Part shown: positions 15,631 through 18,596 of the stretch, piece by piece
Layout: each line of letters opens with the position of its first letter
Position numbering within the stretch: the first letter of the stretch is position 1
The notes under the pieces: generated by a model
Seen by the model: only the letters and a program-made list of their open reading frames with translations
Told to the model about the DNA's origin: nothing
The model's database searches: none
IMG/VR virus record: IMGVR_UViG_3300029107_000039
DNA length: 18,596 nt
DNA from: a virus
Taxonomy: Duplodnaviria; Heunggongvirae; Uroviricota; Caudoviricetes
Reading direction: 5' to 3' (one strand)
Program-made: the position numbers and the translations under genes

Positions 15631-17907
15631 TTAATGCGCTGCTTCCGCTTTGTGCTTTTGCGCACTCTGGAACCCGTAGGTCAGCTCATTTTTCTCTTTA
15701 TCCAGCGCAACAGTGACCTGACCGCCATCCACCAGCGAGCCAAACAGCAGTTCGTTAGCGAGCGGTTTCTTCAGGTTGTCCTGGATGACGCGAGCCATCG
15801 GACGTGCGCCCATTGCCCGGTCGTAACCTTTCTCAGCCAGCCAGTTACGTGCTTCCTGGCTCACTTCCAGAGAAACACCTTTCTGATCCAGTTGAACCTG
15901 CAACTCGACAATGAATTTATCAACCACCTGATGGATCACGTCGGTTGAGAGATGATCGAACCAGATAATATTGTCGAGACGGTTACGAAACTCTGGCGTA
16001 AAGATCTTTTTGATCTCTTCCATCGCATCGGTGCTGTTATCCTGGTGGATAAGCCCAATCGATTTACGCTCGGTTTCACGTACCCCGGCGTTGGTAGTCA
16101 TCACCAGCACCACGTTACGGAAATCGGCCTTGCGTCCGTTGTTATCGGTCAGCGTGCCGTTGTCCATCACCTGCAACAGGATATTGAACACGTCCGGATG
16201 CGCTTTCTCGATTTCGTCCAGCAGCAGCACCGAGTGCGGATGCTTGATGACCGCATCGGTCAGCAGACCACCCTGATCAAAACCGACGTATCCCGGAGGC
16301 GCACCAATCAGGCGGCTGACAGTGTGACGTTCCATATACTCGGACATATCAAAGCGCAGAAGCTCAATGCCGAGGGCTTTGGAAAGCTGCACCGTGACCT
16401 CGGTTTTGCCGACCCCGGTTGGACCAGCAAACAGGAACGAACCGACCGGTTTATGTTCGTGGCCTAAACCCGCACGCGCCATCTTGATGGCTTCGGTAAG
16501 CGCCTCAATGGCTTTATCCTGACCGAAGACCAGCATTTTCAGGCGATCACTGAGGTTTTTCAGAGTATCGCGGTCACTCTGAGAAACACTCTTCTCTGGG
16601 ATACGTGCGATACGCGCCACCACGGACTCAATATCCGCCACATTGACCGTTTTCTTGCGCTTGCTTACCGGCATCAGACGTGCGCGAGCGCCCGCTTCGT
16701 CGATAACGTCAATCGCTTTGTCCGGCAGATGACGATCGTTAATATATTTCACCGCCAGTTCTACCGCCGCACGCACCGCTTTCGCGGTATAGCGCACGTC
16801 GTGGTGCGCTTCATACTTCGGTTTCAAACCGTTGATGATTTGAACGGTTTCTTCGATCGACGGTTCAGTAATATCGATTTTCTGGAAGCGACGCGCCAGA
16901 GCACGATCTTTCTCGAAAATGTTGCTGAACTCCTGATACGTCGTCGAACCTATAACGCGAATTTTACCGCTGGAGAGCAGTGGTTTAATCAGGTTAGCCG
17001 CATCCACCTGACCGCCAGAAGCTGCGCCTGCGCCGATGATGGTGTGGATCTCATCGATAAACAGGATGCTGTTGGTATCCTGCTCCAACTGTTTGAGCAA
17101 CGCTTTGAAACGTTTTTCAAAGTCGCCGCGATATTTAGTTCCCGCTAACAGGGAACCGATATCCAGAGAGTAAATCGTACAGTCAGCCATCACTTCCGGT
17201 ACATCGCCCTGGACAATACGCCAGGCGAGACCTTCCGCAATCGCAGTTTTACCAACGCCAGACTCGCCAACCAGCAGTGGGTTGTTTTTACGGCGGCGAC
17301 AGAGAACCTGAATGGCGCGCTCCAGCTCCTTCTCACGACCAATCAGCGGGTCGATTCCTCCCACGCGCGCAAGCTGGTTCAGGTTCGTCGTGAAATTCTC
17401 CATACGATCCTCCCCACCAGCTTGTTCTTCACTGCCAGGCTGGTTTCCTGGTTCAGAAGACTGAGATGGCTCGTCTTTACGCGTGCCATGAGAAATAAAG
17501 TTCACCACATCAAGACGGCTGACTTCATGTTTGCGCAACAGATAGGCAGCCTGTGACTCCTGTTCGCTAAAGATAGCAACCAGAACATTCGCACCGGTAA
17601 CCTCACTGCGACCGGAGGACTGAACATGGAAGACCGCACGTTGCAGTACACGCTGAAAACTCAGCGTCGGCTGCGTGTCACGCTCCTCTTCACTGGCAGG
17701 CAGAACGGGTGTGGTTTGTTCAATAAAGGCTTCCAGTTCCTGACGGAGCGCCACCAGATCCACGGAACATGCTTCCAGCGCCTCCCGAGCCGACGGGTTA
17801 CTGAGCAATGCCAGTAACAAGTGCTCGACGGTCATAAACTCATGACGGTGCTCGCGCGCTCTGGCGAAAGCCATGTTTAAACTGAGTTCCAGTTCTTGAT
17901 TGAGCAT
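15631..17907 (-). CDS. clpA: ClpA, ATP-dependent Clp protease ATP-binding subunit
   Basis: 758 aa from the ATG at 17907 (GGGGGAGGTG RBS): [35 protein letters not shown]... Two AAA+ Walker A motifs ([16 protein letters not shown]). Near-identical to E. coli ClpA as recalled, with a few substitutions. Confidence 0.97.
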   Translation of the reverse strand: MLNQELELSLNMAFARAREHRHEFMTVEHLLLALLSNPSAREALEACSVDLVALRQELEAFIEQTTPVLPASEEERDTQPTLSFQRVLQRAVFHVQSSGRSEVTGANVLVAIFSEQESQAAYLLRKHEVSRLDVVNFISHGTRKDEPSQSSEPGNQPGSEEQAGGEDRMENFTTNLNQLARVGGIDPLIGREKELERAIQVLCRRRKNNPLLVGESGVGKTAIAEGLAWRIVQGDVPEVMADCTIYSLDIGSLLAGTKYRGDFEKRFKALLKQLEQDTNSILFIDEIHTIIGAGAASGGQVDAANLIKPLLSSGKIRVIGSTTYQEFSNIFEKDRALARRFQKIDITEPSIEETVQIINGLKPKYEAHHDVRYTAKAVRAAVELAVKYINDRHLPDKAIDVIDEAGARARLMPVSKRKKTVNVADIESVVARIARIPEKSVSQSDRDTLKNLSDRLKMLVFGQDKAIEALTEAIKMARAGLGHEHKPVGSFLFAGPTGVGKTEVTVQLSKALGIELLRFDMSEYMERHTVSRLIGAPPGYVGFDQGGLLTDAVIKHPHSVLLLDEIEKAHPDVFNILLQVMDNGTLTDNNGRKADFRNVVLVMTTNAGVRETERKSIGLIHQDNSTDAMEEIKKIFTPEFRNRLDNIIWFDHLSTDVIHQVVDKFIVELQVQLDQKGVSLEVSQEARNWLAEKGYDRAMGARPMARVIQDNLKKPLANELLFGSLVDGGQVTVALDKEKNELTYGFQSAQKHKAEAAH

Positions 17908-17937
17908 AGGCACCTCCCCCAATTTTTATGCCTGCAT

Positions 17938-18258
17938 TCAGGCTTTTTCCAGCGTACACAGCAATGGATGCTCGTTCTCCCTTGCGTACTTGTTCACCAT
18001 CGCCACTTTGGTTTCTGCAACCTCGGCGGTAAAGATTCCGCAAATGGCCTTCCCCTGGTAGTGAACAGCGAGCATCAATTGCGTTGCACGTTCTACATCA
18101 TAAGAAAAGAATTTTTGTAACACGTCAATAACAAACTCCATCGGAGTGTAATCATCATTGACTAATATCACTTTATACATAGATGGCGGTTTTAGCGCGT
18201 CACGCACTTTTTCTTCCGCCAGTTGATCAAAGTCCAGCCAGTCGTTCGTTTTACCCAT
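17938..18258 (-). CDS. clpS: ClpS, ClpA adaptor / N-end rule recognin
   Basis: 106 aa: [51 protein letters not shown]... Matches E. coli ClpS almost exactly as recalled. Immediately upstream of clpA. Confidence 0.97.
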   Translation of the reverse strand: MGKTNDWLDFDQLAEEKVRDALKPPSMYKVILVNDDYTPMEFVIDVLQKFFSYDVERATQLMLAVHYQGKAICGIFTAEVAETKVAMVNKYARENEHPLLCTLEKA

Positions 18259-18580
18259 TGTCAGTTATCATCTTCGGTTACGGTTATCGGCAGAACGCCC
18301 TGCCGCTGACAAGAGCTTATTTGCCTGACCAATCTACTCCACATGATAGATAACTATCATCTATCGTTGGCATCAGCGACATCTGTCACATTCCTGTCAA
18401 TAGCGTTAACTGCTTCAAATTTTTGATTCATACCTGCCCCCTGGCCCCTGTCAAATGCTTGACGGCTCGCCCTAATTCTCTAAATTGTATTTCTAGAGTT
18501 GGCGAGGTTTTGAACAGCCCCCTCTCTGACCCCGGTTTATTCCATCTTACTTGTATAAGATTTGCGAAGGATGTCGAAGC

Positions 18581-18596
18581 ATGGAAAAGGGTACTG
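18581..18596 (+). CDS. cspD: 5' end of cspD (cold-shock-like protein), truncated by the window edge
   Basis: ATG GAA AAG GGT ACT G = MEKGT..., the recalled N-terminus of CspD. AAGGA RBS upstream. Divergent from clpS as in E. coli. Only 16 nt present. Confidence 0.65.

Noticed and set aside
15634-17148. Plus-strand ORFs overlapping clpA (15634-15948, 15952-16467, 15971-16276, 16729-17148) and 17896-18120 overlapping clpS
   Set aside because: Antisense to the clpA and clpS frames, which match E. coli proteins essentially residue for residue. Spurious.

Overview
This 18.6-kb window reads as an enterobacterial (Escherichia-like) chromosomal segment carrying a complete type I-F CRISPR-Cas locus, all on the minus strand: cas1, cas2-3, csy1/cas8f, csy2/cas5f, csy3/cas7f, csy4/cas6f. 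Two CRISPR arrays flank it (98-546 and 14838-15406), both showing the reverse complement of the I-F repeat GTTCACTGCCGTACAGGCAGCTTAGAAA on the + strand, each with a homologous AT-rich leader on its right side. Housekeeping genes clpA, clpS and the first codons of cspD lie to the right; a tRNA-Ser(GGA) lies to the left. An AT-rich four-gene chaperone-usher fimbrial operon (major subunit, chaperone, usher, and an apparently frameshifted tip adhesin) sits between csy4 and the tRNA, separating array A from the cas genes. The most interesting signal is in the only long gap of the cas operon (cas2-3/csy1, 10129-10452): an inverted crRNA-like mini-array (degenerate repeat, 25-nt spacer, degenerate repeat) whose spacer matches, over exactly its first 11 nt, a CC-PAM-flanked site about 120 bp away, just upstream of a 20-codon hydrophobic mini-ORF and of csy1. 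That geometry fits a Cre-type (CreR/CreTA-like) Cascade-guided regulatory or addiction module. All calls are from reading the sequence and ORF translations; no database search was run.
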